Shown here: positions 21,301-30,600 of the stretch, one piece after another
How the letters are laid out: every line of letters begins with the position of its first letter
How positions within the stretch are numbered: position 1 is the first letter of the stretch
DNA from: Phoronis australis
Lineage: Eukaryota > Animalia > Phoronida
Direction: 5' to 3'
DNA length: 64,000 nucleotides
NCBI GenBank assembly: GCA_002633005.1
Contig: NMRA01000074.1
Span: 593,464 to 657,463, forward strand
Notes under the pieces: generated by a model
Database searches by the model: none
What the model saw: only the letters and a program-made list of their open reading frames with translations
What the model was told of the DNA's origin: nothing
Translations under genes and position numbers: made by a program

Positions 21301-24236
21301 CCATTAATACATGTTTCTTTAATGTACACCGCTGCGCAGTGCTTTTACCCGCCGTTGTGTTGCGGTAAAGCAAAAGCAGCGTTTAGCTGAAAACATTGCT
21401 AGTGGTCTGACGCTGATACACGGACGAAAGAAATGGGATGATGGTACATGTAACGAACAACACAGATGCATATACATTTCTACGGGCCAATTCAATTGAC
21501 TGTCTGACAATCATGTACTTTTCTGTCGCAGATCCGTTGACAGCCGCCCTCTTCCGTTTTTTCGAGGACATAAAAATTGTCGGTGCGCAGGTGCCTAATT
21601 CCCGCAAGATCGTGGTCATATTCGGCTGCCTGCTGACTTTCATTCTCGTCTTCGTCATTCTACCCACTGTGGTTATATGGTAAGTTAGACGCTACTGGAT
21701 AATTGCTTTTTTCCCGGCATTCTTGGAATCAACACCCTCTTGTTCCCGTTTTTCGACTTTGAACTACCAGTGCCAATAATTACCATAAAATCTTTTCCAA
21801 TGCTCTAAAATATAACAAAACTCCCGCCTTAAGGGTGCCTGTAGTATGACCAGTCGTGGGGAGCCCCTGGTGGTCCGGAGGTACACGTTGCCGCGATTGC
21901 CAATCGCTCACCCCGCTCACCGCGTCATCACCCTTTTCCATCGATCCCCTGTCGCCACCCCTTCCTTTCCCTCGTTATATGTGTCAGTTGTAACCATCGT
22001 ATAGTATGTGTCAACACTGGTTGTAATAAGCTCGCTATTGCGCTATGTCTTTGTCCTGCTTACCAAGCGCTCTCAAAATGTGGAGCCCTGTAGCTGCGAT
22101 TATATAGTTCCCGGCGCAAGGCACATTGTAAACGTGCCGAGAGCGGGAACCTGTAGCAAATCCATTGTAATTTTCATTGTCACCCTTTGTGAGGTTCTGT
22201 AGATCAGTATTCAGGCGCACTGATACGAGGACCTTTGTGCTGTCAAATATCACCATACATTGCGACCAAAGCTTTATTCGCGAGCGTCTTACATTTACAG
22301 AACCCATACTGAGAGTTAGTATAAACGCGATGCAGGATTTTCCTTACGTAAGCTACTCATGTGCGTACTTCTTTCCGACAGTGGCGTTTTACGATGGACA
22401 AATATTGGTCGACGATATCGGAAGTACCTTCCACAATGGTTCCCTAGTGCTTTACGTCGCAGCAGCAGCGGTGGAGGAAAAGTTGACGGTGATGGTGGTA
22501 GTGGTGGTGGTGGTGGAGGTGGTGGTGCTGGTGACGGCGAAGGGTACACAAGCGATGCGACAGCTTTACTTTTAGATTCTACTCAAAAGGTAATGCCATA
22601 CCCACGGGTTTGCTGGTGCCGCAGTGAAACGTCGGCTCAGTGAGCAGTGACGAATTGAAAGTTGGAGGGGGGCAAGGGCTTCTCCAAGATTCCATTTTGC
22701 AGTTCGGGGGTGCGAATGTCTGACCTGGGAAATTCTGGGTAATACTCTGCCCTTAGCCCCTCTAATCCAAAATCCGGGATCCGCCTCTGGTTGAGTACTG
22801 AAATGCAGCAGGCTATGCAATTTTGAAATACCTTTGGAACTCTGTCGTAGATTGGCAGCTAACATGTCTTCTTTGAAACACGTAATGACGGATTTTCATT
22901 TGTATTTCAGACCAGACCCGACATGTACCAGACTGTGGTGCAAGCTAGCGGCGTTTCAAAAGCCAGTGAAAAGTTCAAAAACCTCTCATCGAGCAAGCCG
23001 CCAACTGCTCGAGAGATGGTCGCCAGGGAGCGAAATAGATCGTACAACGCATCCCCTATTACGATACCTAACTACTCGTACAATTATTCCTCTGGCTTCA
23101 AAAAACCAGAAGCGGTCAAGAAAGGTAACCGTTCTAGAAATGCCTCGCCTCCGTCTTCTTACGCATCCGGTCGCCGACCAATGATGAAGCAAAACAGGAA
23201 ACCACATATGAGAGACGGCGTAGGCGGAAGCTCTCTGGAACGCAGTGCGGATGCCAACAAAGGCAAGGTCAAAGATTCTATTCCAGGTACTATCTTGCCA
23301 CCAATCGTCCAACAGCCACCAAAGGGAAGACCTGAAATTGCTTCTGAAGTTCAAAAGGTTAATCGAATTAACGACGCACAAGCAATTAAAGAACAGCCAC
23401 CGCCGTCTCCACGTAAAGGTATTGGTGAAATGTCCGGCGTTCTCGGGCAGGCGGTGATGCCAAATGTTGACCCCATTTCTGAGCCAGCAGAACGAATAGA
23501 ATCCGAAGAAAAAACAACAACACCCGTAGCAGTTTCTCATGTCGATGCCTCGAATGATTATCAACCGACTTCGGTGCGCCAGCTTGTAACCAGCAGTAAA
23601 CTTGCAAAACCACAAGCTGTGAAGAACGCTGACCAAATGTCTATTCCTGCACAGACAAACATAACAATTCCAGGAACTGTGCAACTCCGTAAAGACCATG
23701 CATCAGCCTTTGAACCCGTGCAAAGCGCAGCAAAGAACACTGTATCTGCAAACAAGAGGTCTTCGCCTGTTGCGCCCCTTGGATCCGCTTCGAAACGGGT
23801 CGACATCAGCTCAACTACAAAAGCACCGACAGAGTCTTTCGTGTCTTTGACATCAATCTCCGAGACAAATCACCAAGCTACCATTGACGATGACGACAAT
23901 ACTCCGGAGAGCACTCTATTCTGGACCAGGCCTCCTTCGTCAGCTGCCGCTCCAAGCTCTAGCCGTAGATCTCGGTCGCGCGAGAAGTCGCTGAAACGAC
24001 AGATAAGGGAGCAAGAGCGAGAGGAGAGAGAAAAACGACGGGCGGACAGTCAGACCACGGCATCGGTCAGAGCCACGCGCCACCAAACTACTGAGAATGA
24101 TCGCACCCCCACAGTAACCCCACATCCTCCAAGTTTGGAGGACGCCAAGGGATCAGTCAGTCATCCGCGCAGTCGACTTAGCTATAGAAACAGGTCACGT
24201 TCACCAAACCCGATGCTTCGACACACACGACACTAA
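373..24236 (+). CDS. Gene A (5' partial): multidomain type I membrane protein with 2 unassigned 4-Cys domains, F-type lectin-like domain, 9 TSP1 repeats, Ig + ZPBP/Sp38-like module, ephrin-receptor-like repeat, TM and disordered tail
   Basis: Manually spliced exons with matching phases: 373-609, 870-971, 1223-1354, 1953-2040, 2193-2284, 2999-3085, 4282-4452, 4729-4819, 4977-5074, 7305-7403, 7542-7661, 8026-8250, 8420-8638, 9110-9276, 9678-9831, 12169-12404, 15563-15741, 16008-16156, 16501-17246, 17657-17705, 18427-18684, 19238-19416, 19881-20006, 20280-20415, 21091-21252, 21532-21679, 22382-22589, 22911-24236 (stop). The joined frame is open (about 1990 aa). C-terminal exon sizes match gene B. 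Confidence 0.88.
870..971 (+). CDS. Gene A exon with proprotein-convertase (furin-type) site GRHRRKR/SI
   Basis: ttccag acceptor, phase 1-1, translates GLGLELNHHLREHQHTYEKHGRAPRGRHRRKRSI. The equivalent gene B exon 29883-29960 ends YRRRLAR. Confidence 0.7.
1223..7403 (+). CDS. Gene A: two tandem copies of an unassigned ~135-150 aa four-cysteine extracellular domain (4 exons each)
   Basis: Copy 1 (1223-3085) and copy 2 (4282-7403) align (QVEFGSDFYEAIG/QIEIGHDFYKAIG; NRRIKFYRILC/NKPIWFYKLKC; AVFRCLML/AIFRCVVL) and share the exon phase pattern 1-1, 1-2, 2-1, 1-1. Confidence 0.75.
1425..1570. repeat. Imperfect (GCA/GCG/ACA)n trinucleotide microsatellite, intronic
   Basis: gcaacagcagcggctgtggcggcggcggcagca... 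lies inside the intron after exon 1223-1354. Confidence 0.85.
5473..6931. repeat. 729-bp near-identical tandem duplication (5473-6201 / 6203-6931) joined by a single N
   Basis: ORFs repeat at a 730 offset. I found 4 substitutions, all in the first ~225 bp. N at 6202. Confidence 0.95.
8026..8638 (+). CDS. Gene A: F-type lectin (fucolectin/FTP)-like domain, two exons
   Basis: Motifs ASS..P.LVNDG..SC....PFWSTDL...VERLEVY, then NFEIRVGN..LC..LSC..GSFVSF..LSLCEVIIYG, typical of the FTP fold. Confidence 0.85.
9110..17246 (+). CDS. Gene A: nine thrombospondin type-1 (TSP1) repeats over six exons
   Basis: Repeated WxxWSxCSxTCGxGxxxRxRxC motifs in exons 9110, 9678, 12169, 15563, 16008, plus four in exon 16501-17246. 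Confidence 0.95.
10072..11186. mobile_element. Non-autonomous TIR DNA transposon, P-superfamily-like (CACAG termini, 8-bp TSD)
   Basis: ~72-bp TIRs 10072-10143 and 11103-11186 (the right one has a ~12-bp insertion). Flanks gcaaaatg / gcaaaacg form an 8-bp TSD with 1 mismatch. Confidence 0.8.
12428..12790. repeat. Compound (CAT/CAC/GAT)n low-complexity repeat, intronic
   Basis: atcatcatc/caccaccac runs immediately after the 12404 donor. Confidence 0.85.
13809..13912. repeat. Short GC-rich hairpin repeat (CAT(A/G)GGCG...CGCC(T/C)ATG family), tandem units
   Basis: cataggcgatgcagca..aagtgggggctat..gcgccacctatg followed by a second unit. The same family occurs at 54087-54228. Confidence 0.55.
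13958..14338. mobile_element. Fold-back (palindromic) MITE, copy 1
   Basis: Arms pair along most of their length (tacttttgtgctaactcaag / cttgagttcgcacaaaagta; gtttgcagttgat / atcaagtgcaaac; ttttagtcc / ggactaaaa), centred near 14160. Confidence 0.65.
18107..18329. mobile_element. Short CAG...CTG MITE-like insertion
   Basis: cagtggcagatcta ... tagatctccctctg imperfect TIRs, G-rich/C-rich ends, catgt on both flanks. Confidence 0.45.
18427..21252 (+). CDS. Gene A: Ig domain + ZPBP/Sp38-like Cys-rich module + ephrin-receptor-like (GCC2/GCC3) repeat
   Basis: Ig signature LRC..DPKTHW..GDLKFSDIQAADSGRYYC. Then FRYDTLAC..C..C..KCH..PPPCQTSC..IHKFV..LYEKSSL..VNCPGGW..CLSCDPGFYS..CVPCLVGSFQPERAQSKCINC. 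Confidence 0.8.
21532..21679 (+). CDS. Gene A transmembrane exon
   Basis: KIVVIFGCLLTFILVFVILPTVVIC hydrophobic helix. The 148-nt exon is the same size as the gene B TM exon. Confidence 0.85.
22911..24236 (+). CDS. Gene A terminal exon: S/P/R/K-rich intrinsically disordered cytoplasmic tail
   Basis: 437-aa ORF in frame with the tttcag acceptor at 22910. AATAAA signals follow at 24540 and 24651. Confidence 0.85.
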   Translation, partial: TRPDMYQTVVQASGVSKASEKFKNLSSSKPPTAREMVARERNRSYNASPITIPNYSYNYSSGFKKPEAVKKGNRSRNASPPSSYASGRRPMMKQNRKPHMRDGVGGSSLERSADANKGKVKDSIPGTILPPIVQQPPKGRPEIASEVQKVNRINDAQAIKEQPPPSPRKGIGEMSGVLGQAVMPNVDPISEPAERIESEEKTTTPVAVSHVDASNDYQPTSVRQLVTSSKLAKPQAVKNADQMSIPAQTNITIPGTVQLRKDHASAFEPVQSAAKNTVSANKRSSPVAPLGSASKRVDISSTTKAPTESFVSLTSISETNHQATIDDDDNTPESTLFWTRPPSSAAAPSSSRRSRSREKSLKRQIREQEREEREKRRADSQTTASVRATRHQTTENDRTPTVTPHPPSLEDAKGSVSHPRSRLSYRNRSRSPNPMLRHTRH

Positions 24237-24539
24237 TACGTCTCCAAAATGCATTGCTTTTTTCGTTTTGTTTGGCGCTGTCCTAATATGCTGGTTTGCA
24301 CAAAGTTTACCGTAGTTAAGATTCGAGCTCTTTCACAGAAAAAGCTGGAAGTAAATTATTTGGAATTTAATTCGTCCTTGAGTAGCGTTCATTATCAACG
24401 GAACCGTTTTAATGCACAACAAGAAGTATTATTAGCCAAATTAATTATTAATTTCGGAATCCAACAAAAGCGTATGCACTCAGTGGAATACAATGTAGCT
24501 ACTTCGCAAATTTAAATTGAGCTGCATTTACACAAGATA

Positions 24540-24545
24540 AATAAA
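24540..24545 (+). terminator. Candidate polyadenylation signal of gene A (second AATAAA at 24651)
   Basis: AATAAA about 300 nt after the stop codon, followed by GT-rich sequence. Confidence 0.45.
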
Positions 24546-27160
24546 TATGTAAATGTAGATTTTACACTACTTTTACTACATGTACGTGAATGTGCACATC
24601 ATGTGTTGTGTAGGAAGTCCAATTTTCGAGTTTGTATAAAATATTGAGGAAATAAATGTTTTGTTAGAAAGTTCAGTTGTTAAGTCTTCCGTTACATCCT
24701 TAAACAGTTATCAAAGCATGTTTAACATCTGTCGTCATAATAACAGTTCACTTCCGGTAGGGTAGACAGCAGACTCGCACAGTTACCATTCGGACAGCTA
24801 TTCCTTAAAGTATGAAAGCAACTCAAATTTTAAATTGAACACACAACGAATACATTGTGCCTAACCCCCCAAGTCGCATGCTTTTTGCAGTTGATTGTGG
24901 AGCTTAGCTGCAAGTGTCTACACTGTACATGCGAAACATTTGAGTAGAACTTGCGATGAGTATGTTGCTTCGGATATAGACACATCTTGAACGTTTTTTG
25001 AAAAAAAGCACGCATGACCAGTTTGTACGTGGGTGGAACATGGTACATTGCTGATGAAGCTTCACTTCTTGACCGTCTTGGCACAAGTCATGATAAGTTC
25101 ACTCCCTCCTGCTTTTCTGAACCATATTGTTCTGGGGTCCGTTATCCTCAATTGAACCTTTCTTGCATTAGTCACTCATCTGCAAGGTATCCAGGGATGC
25201 TATCTGACAAGATGGCGAACCATAGTATTGCTTTCATTGCAGAGGTCAGGTACATGCGCCTACAGTGTATGCGAAACATTGGAGTAGAATTAATTGACCA
25301 AAAAGCGCTTCATGTTCAACATACAGCTGTAGGCGCATGCGCTTATTTGCGTGGTTTTACTGTAGCCATACACACAGCTACAGTCAATTCTGGAAATCCC
25401 TGATAACAAGCATTTTTTACAATGCACTTATAACCATTAACATTTATGGCATGCTTTGAAACTGTATTTGTAACGGGCTCTTAAATCACCGCCTCTATGG
25501 AATTGGCTGACCGACATCTGGGATTTTAAGTGATGCACCGCACGAAGCAAACGACATATCTGAAACTTAACAGCCGGTACTCGTATGAATAGATTTTTGT
25601 AATCTCCAGAAGTCAGTGAAACTCGGATTCCCGAGGTAAAACGGACTGCGATTTTGTCACGACAGACCGCGAGGACCTTTTCCACTGAGATGCTGTAGCC
25701 GGCTATCAGTTCGAACCGAGTAATACAGAGAAATAGTAATTTAGGTAAAGTTGAAAAAGACGCCGATTCATGTGTAAACTACACGCCCTTTTTCTAACCA
25801 GATTTTCAAACGAGGCATTTTCTCAAAAAGCAACATTCCCAACCCTTTCACCAGCTATGCTGTTTCCGTCGGAAATTGATAAAATGGTGCTCTGATCGAA
25901 CGTGCGTCTCGGTATAGAGTACAGGCGGAAACACAGCAACAAGACATTGTTAAAACATATAAAATTGACATACACTGGGTTGCGCAGGTGTAGTCGGATG
26001 GTCTTGTAACTTGTCGTCATCTGTTACCATTTCCAAAGGAACAAAGACGTCAAATTTCAAAAATATTCTCCACATAGTAAGAAGCCAAAGGAGAAAGAGC
26101 TTTGGACACGAAAGCAAAGTTGCTGCAAAACCTGTCCTAAAATTAACGTCATTTGCAGTCTTTTCACCAGGAACAAATCTCCTAATGTTCCTCATGCTCC
26201 TTTGGAATGTTTACCTGATAGAGAGGCTAACGACAAAAACGTACTAAGAATACAATGGCCACAGATGTCGCGAAATTTATTAAAGATGTCTTTGCATACT
26301 CCTAACTATGCTAATATATAGCAGGAACATTTACGCTAAACAAAATGCAGTTGTCTTCATTGAGAACTTGTAAATGTGAATACAAACAAATCTGCAAAAA
26401 GGGAACCTTTAAGCTAATGACTCACCCTGGGGGCTCAAGTAGCCCGCGTCATGCAGTCGTATTCCTCAAGACCACGTCATGAGACGTATTGTACATGGTT
26501 TATTGATTTACGGCGGATCATTTTCGACGCAAAACTCGTTATCGAAAACACTTGGGAATTTTCAACGTACTTCATATTTAAATCGTCGCTACATGTATAT
26601 GTTGTGTTACTGACTACTCTGACCAAGCAACCAGAGAGATAAGGAATTAGCGTGAAAGTTCCACTTTAAGTCCGTCCGAACATTGGAGGGCATCAAGGCA
26701 TCAAATTTTACGAATTTTTACCAAGAAAATTAAAAAGTAAAGAGGCAAACACAAAAACTAAAAGAGGGCAGAACGGTAGTCAGATCGGCCCAAAATTCGT
26801 CATCGCCTGCTTTATAGACACACATCTGCCAAATCTGATAAATATCCTGCCAAGCACTTACAAGATACATCAGCGGACGCTGACCATATGCAATATAATT
26901 ATTTGGGGGTATAAAAAACCACCCTTATTTTTTAATTCCCGCCATATCCTCACTACACTGGCGTACATGTAGTTAAGTACGAAGATATTCATTATTTTTG
27001 GTTTGAAAGATAAAGTTGCGTACATGTACTTTATTTCATTGCTGGAAACAACAGCGGCAAAGGTAATTTTCTATCATAAAGCGAATTTTGTTTGTCATAA
27101 GAATCATAACAACGAAATCTCCAACAAACTGTCGATTCCATAAAAACAGGTGGGTTGGGG

Positions 27161-27483
27161 GATTGGCTGTGATGACGTAATTGGAAGCTGGACGGGGTGT
27201 AAATCATAGTGACGGGTGATGAGAGAAGGAGGTTAAAATGTTGCAAATTTAGGATGGCGTAATATTTGAACGCTCACAAAATATGATTTGCTCGGGAAAT
27301 TTGCTGAACAAGCGCGTATTTATGTATGAACATGTATACATTTATTGTACGATAGCGTACCCCAGAAAATGACGAGTGTTGAAACCAGTGAGAAAAGAAG
27401 TCCGTGTAACATCGAGAAAACGTCATCGCCCAAAATGTTAAATGCTGTGCTGTGCTGTCACGTGGCACGCGTTATTTATAAAA
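27161..27483 (+). promoter_or_regulatory. Putative proximal promoter of gene B
   Basis: Inverted CCAAT (gattgg, 27161), CRE-like TGACGTAA (27173), E-box GTCACGTG (27457) and TATAAA (27477), about 125 nt upstream of the AACATGG start. Confidence 0.35.
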
Positions 27484-27603
27484 TGTGACAAGTTTCACAC
27501 AATTAATTTTAGTTGTTCTTATTTTGTTTTGAGTTAGATTTTCTTATATTTCCTCTGTTTCGAGTTTGTTTTGTTCCTTAAGATGCTATAGAAATAAGTG
27601 AAC

Positions 27604-30600
27604 ATGGGTGAGTTGAAAAATGATTTTCTCTTTGATTGGCTTCAAGAAAAGACATTTGGTGAACTGTGTACATATTATATTCGTTGATATGCGAGCGACA
27701 TTTTCGATTAATTGTACAATGTATACGGATGCACTGATCTCATCGTTCTTCTAACACAGTTGTGTTTGTTAGACGTGAACAAATTTGCAGTTAGACTACT
27801 GATAACCGTGATTACGAGCACAAACACCTAACGATTAATTGGGTACGCGATTAGCAAATGCACGGTGACATATTCGTTAAACAGGCATTGTGCATCTGTC
27901 ACAGAATGAAAACTAACAGTTGGTAAGAGTTATCTGCAAAATCTCAGTGACAATTTTTATGTAATTAACAATGTCTTGGTTTCTTTCCAGAGCATACACT
28001 TTCATTTCTATGTGTGCTTATATCAATTGGATGCGTTTTCAAACATTCAGCTAAAGCTGAACTGAGAGATTCACTAGCCAGTCAACAAGCCGGTTTCACA
28101 TTTGAAACGGAGAGCGTGGACGACGGAATCGATGTACTTCCATTCGACGAAAAGGAATTATCAAGCAACGAAGGTATTGACAGCCAGATTGGACTTTACA
28201 AGACTGATGCTGAAATTGAGTACCTTTCTAACATGGAAGCAAATGGAGTGGAGAGCGACAAGGCAACGACAACACAGGTATATGGGGAAAATCAGTCAGT
28301 GCATGTTCAGTCGCCAGCTTTTAAGGCAAATGCGAAAGAAAGCAATGCCGTTACAGGTTCTGATTCAAATCCAACATCCTCCATCGATGACTTATTAAAA
28401 GAAGGTGGTATCAACATCAATGCTTGGTCAGGGCAAGAATATAGTAACCAAGCTCTGGACGACATCATTGATAGACACTTTGCGGAGCAAGTCACTGTCA
28501 AGAATTCGGTCCTGCCCAATATCCTAAGCGAACAAGAAAAGCAAGCAGGACAACGCCGAGAAGAAAGCACAAACGAGGAAGAAAATATTAAAAGGAATAC
28601 TTTGGAAAAAGACGCGCTGAGAAGAAAAAGCAAAGTGCTTGAGGACAAACGGGTGGATCTACAAGCAACCATTAGTGAGGACAAAGGCATCTACAACAAC
28701 CAAGTTACTTCCACCTATGTCGAAGAATCTGACCCAGAGACAGGGGAAAACTCTGAAAATGAAGAAGACACGGAAGATCTCGACGAAGACGTTGTTGACG
28801 AAGAAGTCGAAAGACTTCTATCAGAGGTAACAATAACGGGGATAAAAGACAAGATTTCCAACGGAACTGAGAGCGAAAGCTTAGAAAACGTGACGGCTTT
28901 AGATCACGGTGAGAGCGGTCACATTCAGGTGACGGACTTTCCAATTGAAAAAGAAACTTGGACTAGTTCAAATTTCTCCAAAATCATTAATGTAGGCAGG
29001 AAGCCGAGAGATATAAATTTAGATTCGCCAAGTGAGCTTGAACTATATCACTTGGTGTGTAGTCATTAGCTTTTCGTGTTGTTTTTCATGTATTTGATAA
29101 TTGTATATGAGCGCATTTGTGCCCGGACCCCTATCTTCCCATTATGCGTTTTTCGTACTAAAATAATTGCTCCTCAATTGTTTTGTATATAAACTTATGG
29201 ATCTAGGTATGTGTTTTCAGCCTCATGAGGTTATCCATTAAATAGGCACGTGACACGTGCCGCAATTCTTTAGTAAAATTCTCAAGTCAAAGTTTCTACG
29301 CACATTTCAATAACTTCAATTTGTGTATTTCTATACGATAAATCACAAAAAAATGACATCCGAAAAACTCAAGCTGCTGATTACCTTTCCACTTCATTAA
29401 GCTTAGATGCTGCACATTCCGAGCAGTGCAAACGAGTCTGGATTTTCAGCGATCTGTAGTGTAACAGGTTGTAACTATTGGACGTATTCTGAGTTAATTT
29501 TGCTAATTCTTTGTATGCCCTGGTCTTCATAGAAATAATCGAATACACTTCAACACCTACCTAGTAACGGACACGTCGCGTTTCACTCGCCTATTACACT
29601 TAAAGTGTAGTTCCCTCTACTTTCAATCAGCGGGATTTTCACATACTTTTATGTAACCGTTTTCATAGCGTTTTGAACGATGGACCTCCAAAAGTTGTTC
29701 TCTGTTTTTGTTCAAGTACTTCGAACGCTGGCCCATTTTCTTAACTGCGGAGCATTGCATACATGAGCATCAAGTCAAACACGCTATTACTTCCTTATAC
29801 CCTTGAACCAAGATAAGCTGATGAAACGTCCCATTTGAGATCTACGTCTTCCTCGAATTTTCAAAGTCATCTCATTTTTCAGGCTACTATCATTCTGGTG
29901 CAGCTCGGTGGGACTTTAAACCGGTCACAACTACTATCTACCGCAGGAGACTAGCACGTGGTATTCCAGTGGCTGAAGTACATTCCGTAAGCGCTGTTCC
30001 CATTGCTTGGCCGATGTACGTCTCGCGATGTCTGGAAAGCCCTTATCGCTACTGGATTGGCACAGTTAGGCGAAAAAGAGGTTAGCCTAACAATCTGTTT
30101 TTGTGAAATGCAATTGTTGCGCAGGGCATTTTCCAATGAATCAGAAATTCATGGTTCTCTCGTTTGATGCAGAAGTATATTTTTCAGAAACAGAACCGTG
30201 CAGCAACGCCGTGCCAATACACTTCCAAGGTCACTGGGATGTGTCTTACAGCGACTTCCGGTCATTGGTAATTCGAGACACAGAAATTGTCGTAAAGGGT
30301 GGGAAACTTTACAAAGACATATTCCGTTAGTATGAGTTTTCACTTCACTGTATTCAGTGCGAATATAGTTTTGCTAACTAGCATTCAATGCAAATACAAC
30401 TACTTTGTCTTGATTATTTCGATTAAAATGCACGCAAACCCGTATTTAAGTAGTTATATTTGCAGTGCACCATACCATAACCTTTCCAAAATTTTACACT
30501 AGACAATTACGACGAGTGCCTATTATTGTGTCCTGACTACAGCGATAAATAGTGACACCGAACAATTTCCGACCCACGGGAAACAAGGTCGCAAGCTCCT

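Noticed and set aside
24830-26480. Possible minus-strand gene between A and B (ORFs 25437-25685 and 25950-26195, a gtgag donor near 26425, a short degenerate repeat at 24930/25270)
   Set aside because: I could not build a phase-consistent model or recognise any motif. A lncRNA or decayed sequence cannot be excluded.
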